Below, piece after piece: positions 17,334 to 26,028 of a stretch of DNA of 48,254 bases; within the stretch, counting starts at the first letter, position 1, and each line of letters opens with the position of its first letter. Location: positions 1-48,254 of the forward strand of contig NZCP01000012.1 in NCBI GenBank assembly GCA_002686465.1, given 5' to 3'. The notes under the pieces are model-generated. The model worked only from the letters and a program-made list of their open reading frames with translations. It did no database searches and was not told where the DNA came from. Both the position numbers and the translations under genes were made by a program. The stretch is from Candidatus Woesebacteria bacterium (GTDB lineage: Bacteria; Patescibacteriota; Microgenomatia; UBA8517; UBA10165).

Positions 17334-17393
17334 ATGTAACTCCAAGCCCTGGTAAAACCTCGAGCCTAACAGTACATCTCCCCTACTATAACA
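17334..17393 (-). promoter_or_regulatory. rpsO extended -10 box and structured 5' leader (candidate S15 autoregulatory RNA)
   Basis: TGnTATAGT at 17393-17385. The leader can fold ATGTAC/GTTACAT and AGGCTC/GGGCTT stems. Confidence 0.5.
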
Positions 17394-17404
17394 CAAACTG
17401 TCAG

Positions 17405-18271
17405 CTACGGCAAGGCTGGACCTTTTAAACTTCCTGGCTGTGGCCAGTCAGGTCCCTGTTGTTTTGCCTCCTCTTGACCTACAGTCGAGGGCGCGCCCGG
17501 TTGAGGAGAGACCCCCACTTCTTCTTGAGGGACCGCGGACGGAATGTCCATTTGGGCACCATTTTGAAGAAGCTGTGCAGCCTCAGTGAATGTGTCAGCA
17601 CTAACATTTTTGGCAGTGAAATTTTGTGTTCCTGCTTGGATACCTAAAAACAGATTTGTTGCGATATCCTCATTTAATGGCAATTTTAATTGGCTTATAA
17701 CCCAATTAGTAACCTCGGAAATTGAGGCTTTAGTTGGATCAATAATTTCAACAGGTTGAGTCCATCCCGAAAGCGGTGTATTTGAAAGGAGGACTACATT
17801 TTCCTTCTCAAAAACCTCCTTCTTTTGAGCAAACTCACCAATCTCCTCTGGATAGTTTGCCCCAACAACAATTACAAAATCGTAGCTACCTCCTGAGTAA
17901 GATGCTCTTATTTGTTCCTTGGTAGGCGCAGTATTGCCCGGCTTAGGCATAATAGAAAGCGTAAACTGCCCACTTTCTATATCGTAAGACACTCGATCAA
18001 TACCCTCAGGTGGAAAATCAACAAATGAGATCACCAAATTGTTTTCACCTAAACTCGCTCGAACCTTATCAACACCGACAAGTCGATTAAACTCAACAGT
18101 CATCGTCCCGGGTGAGGAAATGGTTGTTATAAGACCGCTTTTTTCTAGGGCCAATCCCAGAGCAAGACCACTAGCAACGCTATCCAAAGACGGATTCTGG
18201 GAAAGAACGATTAGGACTGACTTTGCCCCGGTCAGTATTTCTTGGAGTCTATTAATGTCTGCTGGTGCCAT
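17405..18271 (-). CDS. DHH/NrnA-fold protein with degenerate catalytic motifs
   Basis: SVLIVLSQNPSLDSVASGLAL, SISEV, IATNLFLGIQAGTQNF, TFTEAAQLLQNGA; position after infB as for nrnA. Confidence 0.75.
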   Translation of the reverse strand: MAPADINRLQEILTGAKSVLIVLSQNPSLDSVASGLALGLALEKSGLITTISSPGTMTVEFNRLVGVDKVRASLGENNLVISFVDFPPEGIDRVSYDIESGQFTLSIMPKPGNTAPTKEQIRASYSGGSYDFVIVVGANYPEEIGEFAQKKEVFEKENVVLLSNTPLSGWTQPVEIIDPTKASISEVTNWVISQLKLPLNEDIATNLFLGIQAGTQNFTAKNVSADTFTEAAQLLQNGAQMDIPSAVPQEEVGVSPQPGAPSTVGQEEAKQQGPDWPQPGSLKGPALP

Positions 18272-18292
18272 TAAAAATTAGGGGCAGAAAAA

Positions 18293-19696
18293 TTAATTCT
18301 GGACAGATTCTAGCATATCCCCAACCTGGAAATCAAATTGGGGGTCAAAAAGTATACCGAATTCCTCACCGATTTCAGCCTTGTCAATATCTATCTTTTG
18401 CTTTTTTAAAGAAGCAATGTGGACATTGCTAAGGACTTCATCTCCTCGAACCAACCGTAGCCGATCAGATCTCGTAATCCGCCCTTCGGTAACTCTACAC
18501 CCAGCAATTCTTTTCTTATTGTGTGGGAATTCAGCCACAATTTCCGCCTTCCCAAGAATCTTTTCGTCTGCCTCATCGTCCTTAAACCAGTTCTCAAGAT
18601 CTTGCAAAAGCTCATAAATCACACTATATGTATGAATATCTACATGCTCGTTCTCAGCTAACCTTTGAGCACTCTTAGAGACCCTCACATTAAACCCAAT
18701 AATTGGCACCTTTGTACTAGCTGCCATCAAAACGTCTGATTCTGAGACATCTCCGACTTCCTCCTGTAAAGTACTGACTTTGTCGGCCAGTTGTGGGACT
18801 AATGCCTCTAAACTGCCAGCCGTGTCTGTTTTTAGAATAATTGACGGGTTGTCTCCTTTGGGTATCACTCTTTTTGTATCGATCTTAGCTGCCATTTCAT
18901 TTTCCGCAGGCGTGAGAGGTAACCCTACAGGAGGTATTGTTTCAAACCCAAGTATCGCTATAGGCATTCCTGGTCCAGCCATATTCACCGGCTTCTGGTG
19001 TTCATCAAAAAGTCCACGAATCCGTCCTGTTACACCATTGGTGCCTACAACATCGCCTACCTTCAAAATCCCCTCCCGAACCACCACATGGACAACAGGA
19101 CCGCGTCTTCTATCTAAGACCGTCTCAATAACAATTGCCTCTGTTGGAAGATCAGTTTTTGCCCCAATTTCATTCATTTGAGCAACAAGGGCAATCATTT
19201 CCAAAAGGTCCTCTACTCCCTTGCCGGTCATAGAAGAGATTTCAACTACAACAATGTCTCCCCCATGCCCTTCAAGAGAGACACCATTATCAACAAGTTG
19301 AGTTTTAACCCTTTCAGACTGCGCTGTCTTAAGATCCGTTTTGGTGATTGCAATAATAAACGGCGTTTTTGACTCTTTAATATATTGAAGTGATTCAACG
19401 GTTTGTGGCATTATCCCGTCGTCCGCTGCAACAACAAGAATAACTAAATCAGCGACTCTTGCTCCTCTTTCTCGCATCTTCTGGAATGCTGCGTGTCCTG
19501 GAGTATCTATAAAGGTTACTTTTTCTCCCTTTTTTGTCTCTACCTGCCAAGCTCCTATACCCTGAGTAATTCCCCCTGCCTCCCGGTCTACTAGATTTGT
19601 ACTACGGATTTTATCAAGAAGTGTGGTTTTGCCATGATCAACATGACCTAAAATAGCTACAATTGGAGGTCTCGCTTTTTGTACTTTGTTTTTCAT
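18293..19696 (-). CDS. infB: Translation initiation factor IF-2, N-terminally minimal
   Basis: RPPIVAILGHVDHGKTTLLD, EAGGITQ, FIDTPGH, IIGFNV, YSVIYEL. Confidence 0.97.
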   Translation of the reverse strand: MKNKVQKARPPIVAILGHVDHGKTTLLDKIRSTNLVDREAGGITQGIGAWQVETKKGEKVTFIDTPGHAAFQKMRERGARVADLVILVVAADDGIMPQTVESLQYIKESKTPFIIAITKTDLKTAQSERVKTQLVDNGVSLEGHGGDIVVVEISSMTGKGVEDLLEMIALVAQMNEIGAKTDLPTEAIVIETVLDRRRGPVVHVVVREGILKVGDVVGTNGVTGRIRGLFDEHQKPVNMAGPGMPIAILGFETIPPVGLPLTPAENEMAAKIDTKRVIPKGDNPSIILKTDTAGSLEALVPQLADKVSTLQEEVGDVSESDVLMAASTKVPIIGFNVRVSKSAQRLAENEHVDIHTYSVIYELLQDLENWFKDDEADEKILGKAEIVAEFPHNKKRIAGCRVTEGRITRSDRLRLVRGDEVLSNVHIASLKKQKIDIDKAEIGEEFGILFDPQFDFQVGDMLESVQN

Positions 19697-19716
19697 AGTA
19701 ATTAAGGACGCAGAAA

Positions 19717-20901
19717 CTACTTCTCATTCTTGTCATTGGTAGTCTCACTAGAGGAATCTTGTTCCTCTTTTGTATCTTTTTTAACTTCAGGCTTTGGTTT
19801 TGCTTTTTTTGTCTTAACTTTTTTTGTCTTGGTCTCTTTCTCTTTCTTGGTATCAGATTTTGGTTTTACCTCTTTTTTTTCATCGGTCTCGTCATCTTTC
19901 TTCTTTTTTTTCTTCTTCGGCTCCGGTATACCCTCTATTTCTATCTTCCAACCAGTTAATTTTGAGGCTAGGCGGACATTTTGTCCTTCTCGTCCTATTG
20001 CTAATGATAATTGATCTTCGGGAACCTTAATCTTTGCTTCCTGTTTCTTCTCATCAAAAACAACAGATATTCCCTCGGCCGGAGCTAGAGCAGCCGTGAT
20101 CAGATTTTCCGAATTATCCGTCCAGGCAATAACGTCAATTTTTTCTCCTCCTAGTTCATTAATGACAGCTTGAACTCGCACACCTTTTTGCCCTACACAA
20201 GAGCCAACAGGATCAACACCGGATTGTGTTGAGACAACGGCAATCTTAGTACGGCTACCTGCCTCACGGGCTATTTTACGAATTTCAACGCTTCCTGACG
20301 AGATCTCAGGCACCTCCCGAGCAAAAAGCTTCTCTACTATTGCAGGGTCTGCGCGAGACAAAAGAACCTCGCGTCCCCGTTCGCCCTCTCTAATCTCCTT
20401 CAGTAAAAAATTCAGACGTTGATTAAGACTTAGTCTTTCATTAGGAACTCTGTCTTGGGGCAACATAACTCCCTCGGTTCTACCAATATCGACTCGTACA
20501 TTAGCACCATCAAAACGAAGTACTACCCCAGAGACAAGCGAGCCAATTCTTTCCTGATATTGGGAAAGAACTGCTTCTCTTTCTGCCTCGCGAATCTTTT
20601 GTACAATTACCTGCTTTGCTGTTTGGGCTGCAATTCTACCGAATCCAGGAGGTGTTACATCTTTTTTCTTGTCTTCTTTTCCCTCTTCCCAAGAAAGAAT
20701 TTGTGCCTCACCAGACTGGGGATCAACAACCACCTCGAACTGTTCACTATCATCCTCATCTTCGTACTCTTTTATATCCCTTTTGTACGCCGCTAAAATC
20801 GCCTGTTTTATGGTGTCTAAAATAACAGCCGGATCTAGCCCTCGCTCATTTGCGATTGCGTTTAGGGCTGATGAAAATTCTGTTCTTGCTTGTGATCCCA
20901 T
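19717..20901 (-). CDS. nusA: Transcription factor NusA with Lys/Glu-rich tail
   Basis: FGRIAAQTAKQV, IAREAGSRTKIAV, DPVGSCVG, GEKIDVI, QLSLAIGREGQNVRLASKLTGWKI. Confidence 0.98.
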   Translation of the reverse strand: MGSQARTEFSSALNAIANERGLDPAVILDTIKQAILAAYKRDIKEYEDEDDSEQFEVVVDPQSGEAQILSWEEGKEDKKKDVTPPGFGRIAAQTAKQVIVQKIREAEREAVLSQYQERIGSLVSGVVLRFDGANVRVDIGRTEGVMLPQDRVPNERLSLNQRLNFLLKEIREGERGREVLLSRADPAIVEKLFAREVPEISSGSVEIRKIAREAGSRTKIAVVSTQSGVDPVGSCVGQKGVRVQAVINELGGEKIDVIAWTDNSENLITAALAPAEGISVVFDEKKQEAKIKVPEDQLSLAIGREGQNVRLASKLTGWKIEIEGIPEPKKKKKKKDDETDEKKEVKPKSDTKKEKETKTKKVKTKKAKPKPEVKKDTKEEQDSSSETTNDKNEK

Positions 20902-20906
20902 GATTA

Positions 20907-20990
20907 GTTAGATGTAACAAGTTGTAAGTAACAAGTTTAAAAACCAACGACACGATTTCCTTTCCACTCTTGTCACCTGTTACTTGTCAC
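20907..20990. repeat. Inverted heptamer array pair in the nusA leader
   Basis: GTTAGAT GTAACAA GTTGTAA GTAACAA GTTTAAA (20907-20941), 27-nt spacer, CTTGTCA CCTGTTA CTTGTCA C (20969-20990). Confidence 0.9.
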
Positions 20991-21006
20991 TTATTGTCTA
21001 TTTACC

Positions 21007-21032
21007 AAAAACGGCGGGATTTTGTCCCACCG
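21007..21032 (-). terminator. Terminator-like hairpin in the nusA leader (candidate rimP/nusA-leader-type attenuator)
   Basis: CGGTGGGA-CAAAA-TCCCGCCG followed by T5 on the minus strand. Confidence 0.7.
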
Positions 21033-21061
21033 CAAATCGAAAATCCTTTGTTAGTGTCTAA

Positions 21062-21090
21062 ATACTACACTTTGAAGCCAAAAATGTCAA
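21062..21090 (-). promoter_or_regulatory. Sigma70 promoter of the nusA-infB operon
   Basis: TTGACA (21090-21085), 17-nt spacer, TAGTAT (21067-21062). Confidence 0.75.
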
Positions 21091-21289
21091 CGGGGCGTAG
21101 CGAAGGGTCTTTTTGTCGCGCATCCTCTAAAAACTCTTCAATTATGGCGCGGTCCTCAGGATGCCTCTTCTCAAGAAGACGATTAAAGTCCTCGGGATCA
21201 AATCCTTTTACTAACTTTGCAAACTCATGTTTAAACTGGTCTCGCGCAGATTCCATTGTGGGCGATGCGTGTTTACTCTCTGGAGACAT
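21065..21289 (-). CDS. Small acidic hypothetical protein
   Basis: MSPESKHASPTMES...; protein-like composition, no recognised motif. Confidence 0.45.
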   Translation of the reverse strand: MSPESKHASPTMESARDQFKHEFAKLVKGFDPEDFNRLLEKRHPEDRAIIEEFLEDARQKDPSLRPVDIFGFKV

Positions 21290-21336
21290 ATATATACCGT
21301 AATTTAAACCATGGAGCCAAAAAGTCAACAGATTTG

Positions 21337-21364
21337 TTGACAATCAAGCTAATTTTCCTATAAT
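21337..21364 (+). promoter_or_regulatory. Consensus sigma70 promoter
   Basis: TTGACA (21337-21342), 16-nt spacer, TATAAT (21359-21364), 9 nt before GTG 21374. Confidence 0.75.
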
Positions 21365-21373
21365 ATAGGCACA

Positions 21374-21700
21374 GTGTTAGTTGAACGAAAACCGGCACTT
21401 TTTAGCGCTGAGCATGTAGATAGATTTAGATCTCTACGAGGAGTTCATTCTATTCAACATGCAAGAGACCCACGAGGGGGCTCTGCTTGGTTTATTCTTA
21501 CCAAGACAAATGGCACGCAAGACAGGGAAGAATTACAGGATGCGTTGGAGCAAGCCTTCGGCGATCCGTCAGAAGCACCACAAATAGTGATAGACGACAA
21601 AAACTCTTTTAGCTCCACAGAAAGAAAGCAATTCTGGTTAGACAGCTTGGAACTACAGACTTCTCCGAGAGATATCAGAATTATTTCTTCACAAAATTAA
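21374..21700 (+). CDS. Hypothetical protein
   Basis: 108 aa ORF behind a consensus promoter; converges on dnaJ with a 4-nt stop overlap. Confidence 0.6.
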   Translation: MLVERKPALFSAEHVDRFRSLRGVHSIQHARDPRGGSAWFILTKTNGTQDREELQDALEQAFGDPSEAPQIVIDDKNSFSSTERKQFWLDSLELQTSPRDIRIISSQN

Positions 21701-22596
21701 CTCTTTTTCTTCTTGAGGTTCTCTAGAGCTTTTTTCTGCTCGGAAGTTAAATTTTTGTAATCAGGAATATCTATTCCGAGTCTGATATAGAAATCTCCTC
21801 GACCTCGACCATGCAAACGTGGCATTCCTTTACCTGACAATCTAAGTGTTGTTCCGGGCTGGGTCGCGGGTCGAACTCTAATTGTCGTATCCCCCTCCAA
21901 AGTTGGAACTTTGAGATTTCCGCCTGTCATCGCAGCCAATAACGGCACTTTTATCTCTACAAATACATCTTCGCCGTCTCTTTGGAAAACTTTGTGCGGG
22001 CGAACATTGATAGTTATCAGAAAGTTCGAAAACTGTATACGCGACCCGTCGTCAACCCCAGCAGGGATTTTTATCTTGTGTTTGCGTCCTCCAAGAGAGA
22101 CTGTTTTTTCAACACCTTTGTAGGCCTCTATAAAATCTATTGAAATTGAAACATGCGGCACTCTTGCGGTCTGTCCAAAAGGTGAGGCAGCGCCAAAAAA
22201 TTGCTCAAAGATTTGAAACGGGTCGGCAAAATCTGCTCCTTCAAATGGAGATCCGCCATTGCCGCGAGTCGTATAGGTATAAGTGAAAGGGCCCTGTCTG
22301 TGAGTTTGTGTTCCTTGGAACCCACCAAAACCTCCAAAAGGACCCGCACCCGGAGGTGCTTGACCTCCCGGAGTAAAGGCGCTGTGGCCAAACTGGTCGT
22401 AGGCTTCCCGTTTCTTGGAGTCAGATAAAATCTCGTACGACTCGTTTATTTCTTTGAACTTTTTTTCAGCTTCTGCGGATTTGTTTTTATCAGGATGCCA
22501 CTTCAAAGCAAGTTTGCGATAAGCACTTTTCAGCTCGCTTGCAGAAGCATCCTTTTTAACTCCTAAGATTTCGTAATAGTCTTGTTGTGCAGCCAT
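21697..22596 (-). CDS. dnaJ: DnaJ-class co-chaperone without zinc finger (type II / CbpA-like)
   Basis: J domain with HPD, G/F-rich region, [10 protein letters not shown]-terminal domain; no CxxCxGxG repeats. Confidence 0.93.
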   Translation of the reverse strand: MAAQQDYYEILGVKKDASASELKSAYRKLALKWHPDKNKSAEAEKKFKEINESYEILSDSKKREAYDQFGHSAFTPGGQAPPGAGPFGGFGGFQGTQTHRQGPFTYTYTTRGNGGSPFEGADFADPFQIFEQFFGAASPFGQTARVPHVSISIDFIEAYKGVEKTVSLGGRKHKIKIPAGVDDGSRIQFSNFLITINVRPHKVFQRDGEDVFVEIKVPLLAAMTGGNLKVPTLEGDTTIRVRPATQPGTTLRLSGKGMPRLHGRGRGDFYIRLGIDIPDYKNLTSEQKKALENLKKKKS

Positions 22597-22609
22597 AATT
22601 TATTTTAAC

Positions 22610-22632
22610 AAAAAAGCCTCGTCTCCGAGGCT
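22610..22632 (-). terminator. Intrinsic terminator after dnaK and the small ORF
   Basis: AGCCTCG-GAGA-CGAGGCT followed by a T-run on the minus strand. Confidence 0.8.
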
Positions 22633-22654
22633 AATCAACTATTAATTTCTACTT

Positions 22655-22873
22655 TTATCTTGCCTCTTCTTTATCCTCCGGCCATACAATTCTGACAGTC
22701 TTCTGCTTAGGGTTGTAGACTATGCTCCAAATCAACTCTCCCTCCTGATCAGGCTGTACAACTGAGGCATGAGGACGTGGTTCATGGTCAAGGCAACCAT
22801 GCCTTATACCAGGAAACATCCTTTCAAACCGACGGGCTGCTGCATAAGGATCTGTTTCTACCCCTTTTCCCAT
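22655..22873 (-). CDS. Small hypothetical protein between dnaK and dnaJ
   Basis: 72 aa ORF filling the gap; TAATAT 6 nt upstream of the ATG. Confidence 0.5.
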   Translation of the reverse strand: MGKGVETDPYAAARRFERMFPGIRHGCLDHEPRPHASVVQPDQEGELIWSIVYNPKQKTVRIVWPEDKEEAR

Positions 22874-22882
22874 AGTCTAATA

Positions 22883-24820
22883 TTACCCGACTACTTCGCC
22901 TTCCTCAACCCCTTCGGCAGGCTCAGGGCCTTTGGCTTTCTCTTTCTTTTTCCCAGACTTTTTCTCGCCGTCCCCCTCTGCTTGCTGTCCTTTCTGATCT
23001 CCACCTTGTGGTGAGCCTGTCGAACCATACATTGCCTGACCAATAGACTGCATAACTTCTGAAAGTTTCTTGCTTGCTTCTTCTATTTCTTCCTTTTTAG
23101 CATCTTCTTTGCCAGCAATTTCTCGCAAATTCTTTACTTCTGCTTCTACTTTACCCCTTGCCTCTTTATCAACTTTGTCTCCTGCGTCTTTTAGGGATTT
23201 TTCTGCAGTAAAGATTAGGGCGTCTGCTTGGTTTTTAGCATCAACCATCTCCTTCTTTTCTGTATCCTCGGCAGAATGCTTTTCTGCTTCTTCTTGTGCT
23301 TTCTTCACCTCGTCATCTGAGAGACCAACTGCACCAGTTATCTTAATTGACTGTTCTTTGTTAGTTGCCTTGTCTTTTGCAGAAACATTCAAGATTCCAT
23401 TTGCATCCATATCAAAGGTGACCTCGATTTGTGGAGTTCCGCGAGGTGCTGTTGGAATTCCGTCAAGAGTAAATTTACCCAGAGATTTGTTGTCTGCCGC
23501 CATTGGACGTTCTCCTTGAAGAACATTAATCTCGACTTGGGTTTGGTTATCTGCGGCTGTTGAGAATGTTTGGGATTTGGAAGCCGGGATAGTTGTGTTT
23601 CTTTCAATCATTGGTGTTGCAACACTACCCAAGGTTTCAATAGCAAGACTTAATGGTGTCACGTCCAAAAGAAGAACGTCCTTTACGTCTCCGCCCAAAA
23701 CTCCACCTTGAATTGCAGCTCCAATCGCAACAACTTCGTCCGGATTTACTCCCTTGTGTGGATCTTTGCCGAAAAATTCTTTTACAACTTCTTGTACTTT
23801 AGGCATTCTTGTCATACCACCAACAAGAATTACCTCATCAACTGCTTTTTTATCAATCTTTGCATCTTTGAGAGATTCCTCAACTGGCTTCATTGTTTTT
23901 TGGATAAGATCGTCAACCAAGGCTTCGAGCTTTGCTCGAGACATCTTCATAGTCAAATGGACCGGGTTGCCATCATTTTGAGTTATATATGGTTGGTTGA
24001 TTTCTGTTTCTGATGTTGAAGAAAGCTCTACCTTTGCTTTTTCTGCAGCATCACGAAGTCTTTGTAGAGCTTGTTTATCTTCTCTTAGATCTACACCGTT
24101 TTGTTTTTTAAACTCGTCTGCAATCCAGTCAACTATAACTTGGTCGAAATCGTCTCCGCCAAGATGGGTATCTCCATTCGTTGCCTTTACTTCAAAAACC
24201 CCTTCTCCAAGTTCTAAGATGGATACATCAAATGTTCCACCTCCAAGGTCATAAACCGCAATCGTGTGGCTATTTTTCTTGTCTAACCCGTAAGCAAGGG
24301 CTGCCGCAGTTGGCTCGTTTATAATTCTCTCAACTTTAAGTCCTGCTATTTCTCCTGCTTGTTTTGTTGCAGCTCTTTGATTGTCATCAAAGTACGCAGG
24401 AACAGTAATTACTGCTTGTTCTACTTTTTCTCCAAGATATTCTTCTGCGTCTTTTTTTAGTTTTCTTAAAACTGATGCGGAAATTTCTTGAGGAGTGTAA
24501 TCTTTTCCTTCAACTGAAACTACAACCATATCGTTTTTACCCTTTTTAATCTCAAAAGGAACCATACCTGCCGTCTTTTTAACTTCAGCGTCTTCAAATC
24601 TTCGACCCATGAGACGTTTTGCAGAGTAAATAGTGTTCTTGGAGTTAAGGATCATCTGACGTTTGGCAACGTCACCCACAAGTTTCTTTGTTGGCTCTAC
24701 AACAGACGGAGTAATATTGCGACCTGTATCAGAAGCAGGGACAACTTTTGCTTGTCCTCCCTCCATAGCCGCAACTACTGAGTTTGTTGTTCCCAAATCG
24801 ATTCCAATGATTTTTGACAT
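22883..24820 (-). CDS. dnaK: Chaperone DnaK
   Basis: [58 protein letters not shown]. Confidence 0.99.
   Translation of the reverse strand: MSKIIGIDLGTTNSVVAAMEGGQAKVVPASDTGRNITPSVVEPTKKLVGDVAKRQMILNSKNTIYSAKRLMGRRFEDAEVKKTAGMVPFEIKKGKNDMVVVSVEGKDYTPQEISASVLRKLKKDAEEYLGEKVEQAVITVPAYFDDNQRAATKQAGEIAGLKVERIINEPTAAALAYGLDKKNSHTIAVYDLGGGTFDVSILELGEGVFEVKATNGDTHLGGDDFDQVIVDWIADEFKKQNGVDLREDKQALQRLRDAAEKAKVELSSTSETEINQPYITQNDGNPVHLTMKMSRAKLEALVDDLIQKTMKPVEESLKDAKIDKKAVDEVILVGGMTRMPKVQEVVKEFFGKDPHKGVNPDEVVAIGAAIQGGVLGGDVKDVLLLDVTPLSLAIETLGSVATPMIERNTTIPASKSQTFSTAADNQTQVEINVLQGERPMAADNKSLGKFTLDGIPTAPRGTPQIEVTFDMDANGILNVSAKDKATNKEQSIKITGAVGLSDDEVKKAQEEAEKHSAEDTEKKEMVDAKNQADALIFTAEKSLKDAGDKVDKEARGKVEAEVKNLREIAGKEDAKKEEIEEASKKLSEVMQSIGQAMYGSTGSPQGGDQKGQQAEGDGEKKSGKKKEKAKGPEPAEGVEEGEVVG
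22910..22928. repeat. Short palindromic element in the dnaK tail
   Basis: CCCTTCGGCAGGCTCAGGG (encodes PEPAEG). Confidence 0.75.
23005..23027. repeat. Short palindromic element in the dnaK tail
   Basis: CTTGTGGTGAGCCTGTCGAACCA (encodes GSTGSPQG). Confidence 0.8.
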
Positions 24821-24833
24821 ACCTTTGTCTCCT

Positions 24834-25256
24834 TTATTTTTCCTTTAATTGTCCTTTAAAAACAATCACTTTAGCTGGTCGAATAACCGAGCCTGCCATA
24901 GCATATCCTTTTGTCGAAACCTCTGCTATCTCCCCGTGCTTCCCGCCAGGTACGCTTTCTACGGCTTCATGAATCCTACTGTCAAACTTTTCACCTTTGG
25001 CGACCTTAATCTCTTCCACACCATGTTGTGCGAGAGTCTGCTTCAGGGACTCCATTGCCATCTCTAACCCTTTATCGTTTAAATGTTCGCTTGCTCTTTC
25101 TAAACTGTCAATCGCCGGTAGTAGGTCCTCAACTAAATTTTGCTCTGCCCTAGTAATAATCTCTTTTCTATCACGCGTTATCCTCTTAACCAGATTATCA
25201 TAATCTGCCAATGCCCTTGCAAGTTGTTCCTCGTGATTTGGCTTACTCTTTTTCAT
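24834..25256 (-). CDS. grpE: Nucleotide exchange factor GrpE (short)
   Basis: [35 protein letters not shown]...VIRPAKV. Confidence 0.95.
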   Translation of the reverse strand: MKKSKPNHEEQLARALADYDNLVKRITRDRKEIITRAEQNLVEDLLPAIDSLERASEHLNDKGLEMAMESLKQTLAQHGVEEIKVAKGEKFDSRIHEAVESVPGGKHGEIAEVSTKGYAMAGSVIRPAKVIVFKGQLKEK

Positions 25257-25983
25257 TTCCGCCTGCTGCCTCTTGCACTAAATCTCCGAAATAGCGAACA
25301 ACTGGAACTACGGCAGGATAGTTAAACCTTGCCGGACCAATGATGCCAAGAGATCCTCTCCCGCCGGGTGTATTAAATTGATAGGCAACAATTCCAACTG
25401 GCTCAAAATTCTGCCAGCCTAACTCCTCGCCAAACAAAACCTCAATCGGACCTTGCCAATCTGCATGCTCATAGAAAATCTCATGTAGTTGACGTGCCTC
25501 CTCAAGCAGCGATAACACACGAGAGGTAACATCTATATTATAAAACTCTGGAATATCAAGAATGTTCGCATATCCTGCATGCCAAACATCACCTTTCTCA
25601 GTCGTGGCGATAGCCAAAGAGTGAGTTGAGTCAGCTAAAGCCTTTGTTGCCCCCTTCATTAATTTATCAAAATCCTCTTTGTTTTGGGACATATGTTCTT
25701 TTGCAGCAACTTCTTCTGCAACAGACAACTCTTTTTCTTCCATAAGTTGATTAACATATAACTTAATTGCCTTTGGTGCAGGGATCCTACCTGCTGAAGT
25801 ATGGGGTTGGCGGAGATATCCTGCTGAAGTCAAAACCACCATCTCGTTACGAATAGTTGCAGGAGAAACTCCAATGTCGTGCTTCTTTTCAATCACGTCC
25901 GACCCAACGGCATTTCCCGTCTCGGTGTACTCTTCAACGATACTTTTTAGTATCTGTATTTGGCGCGGTGTTAGCTCTTCCAC
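25243..25983 (-). CDS. hrcA: Heat-inducible repressor HrcA (short form)
   Basis: LTPRQIQILKSIVEEY, VGS, VSPATIRNEM, QPHTSAGRIP, LGIIGPARFNY. Start set at GTG 25983, downstream of the CIRCE. Confidence 0.95.
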   Translation of the reverse strand: MEELTPRQIQILKSIVEEYTETGNAVGSDVIEKKHDIGVSPATIRNEMVVLTSAGYLRQPHTSAGRIPAPKAIKLYVNQLMEEKELSVAEEVAAKEHMSQNKEDFDKLMKGATKALADSTHSLAIATTEKGDVWHAGYANILDIPEFYNIDVTSRVLSLLEEARQLHEIFYEHADWQGPIEVLFGEELGWQNFEPVGIVAYQFNTPGGRGSLGIIGPARFNYPAVVPVVRYFGDLVQEAAGGNEKE

Positions 25984-25991
25984 AATATTAG

Positions 25992-26028
25992 TTAGCACTA
26001 TTAAACCACGAGTGCTAATAAATGTCAA
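25992..26028 (-). promoter_or_regulatory. CIRCE operator overlapping the hrcA promoter
   Basis: Minus strand TTAGCACTC-N9-TAGTGCTAA (26018-25992, one mismatch to consensus); TTGACA at 26028-26023. Confidence 0.93.

Noticed and set aside
19780..19920. Long A/T runs in nusA as a phase-variation site
   Set aside because: They encode the in-frame Lys-rich tail after the conserved domains; the frame is intact.
4500..20990. CRISPR array interpretation of the repeats
   Set aside because: Units are 7 nt, tandem and inverted, with no 25-40 nt repeat-spacer pattern and no cas genes.
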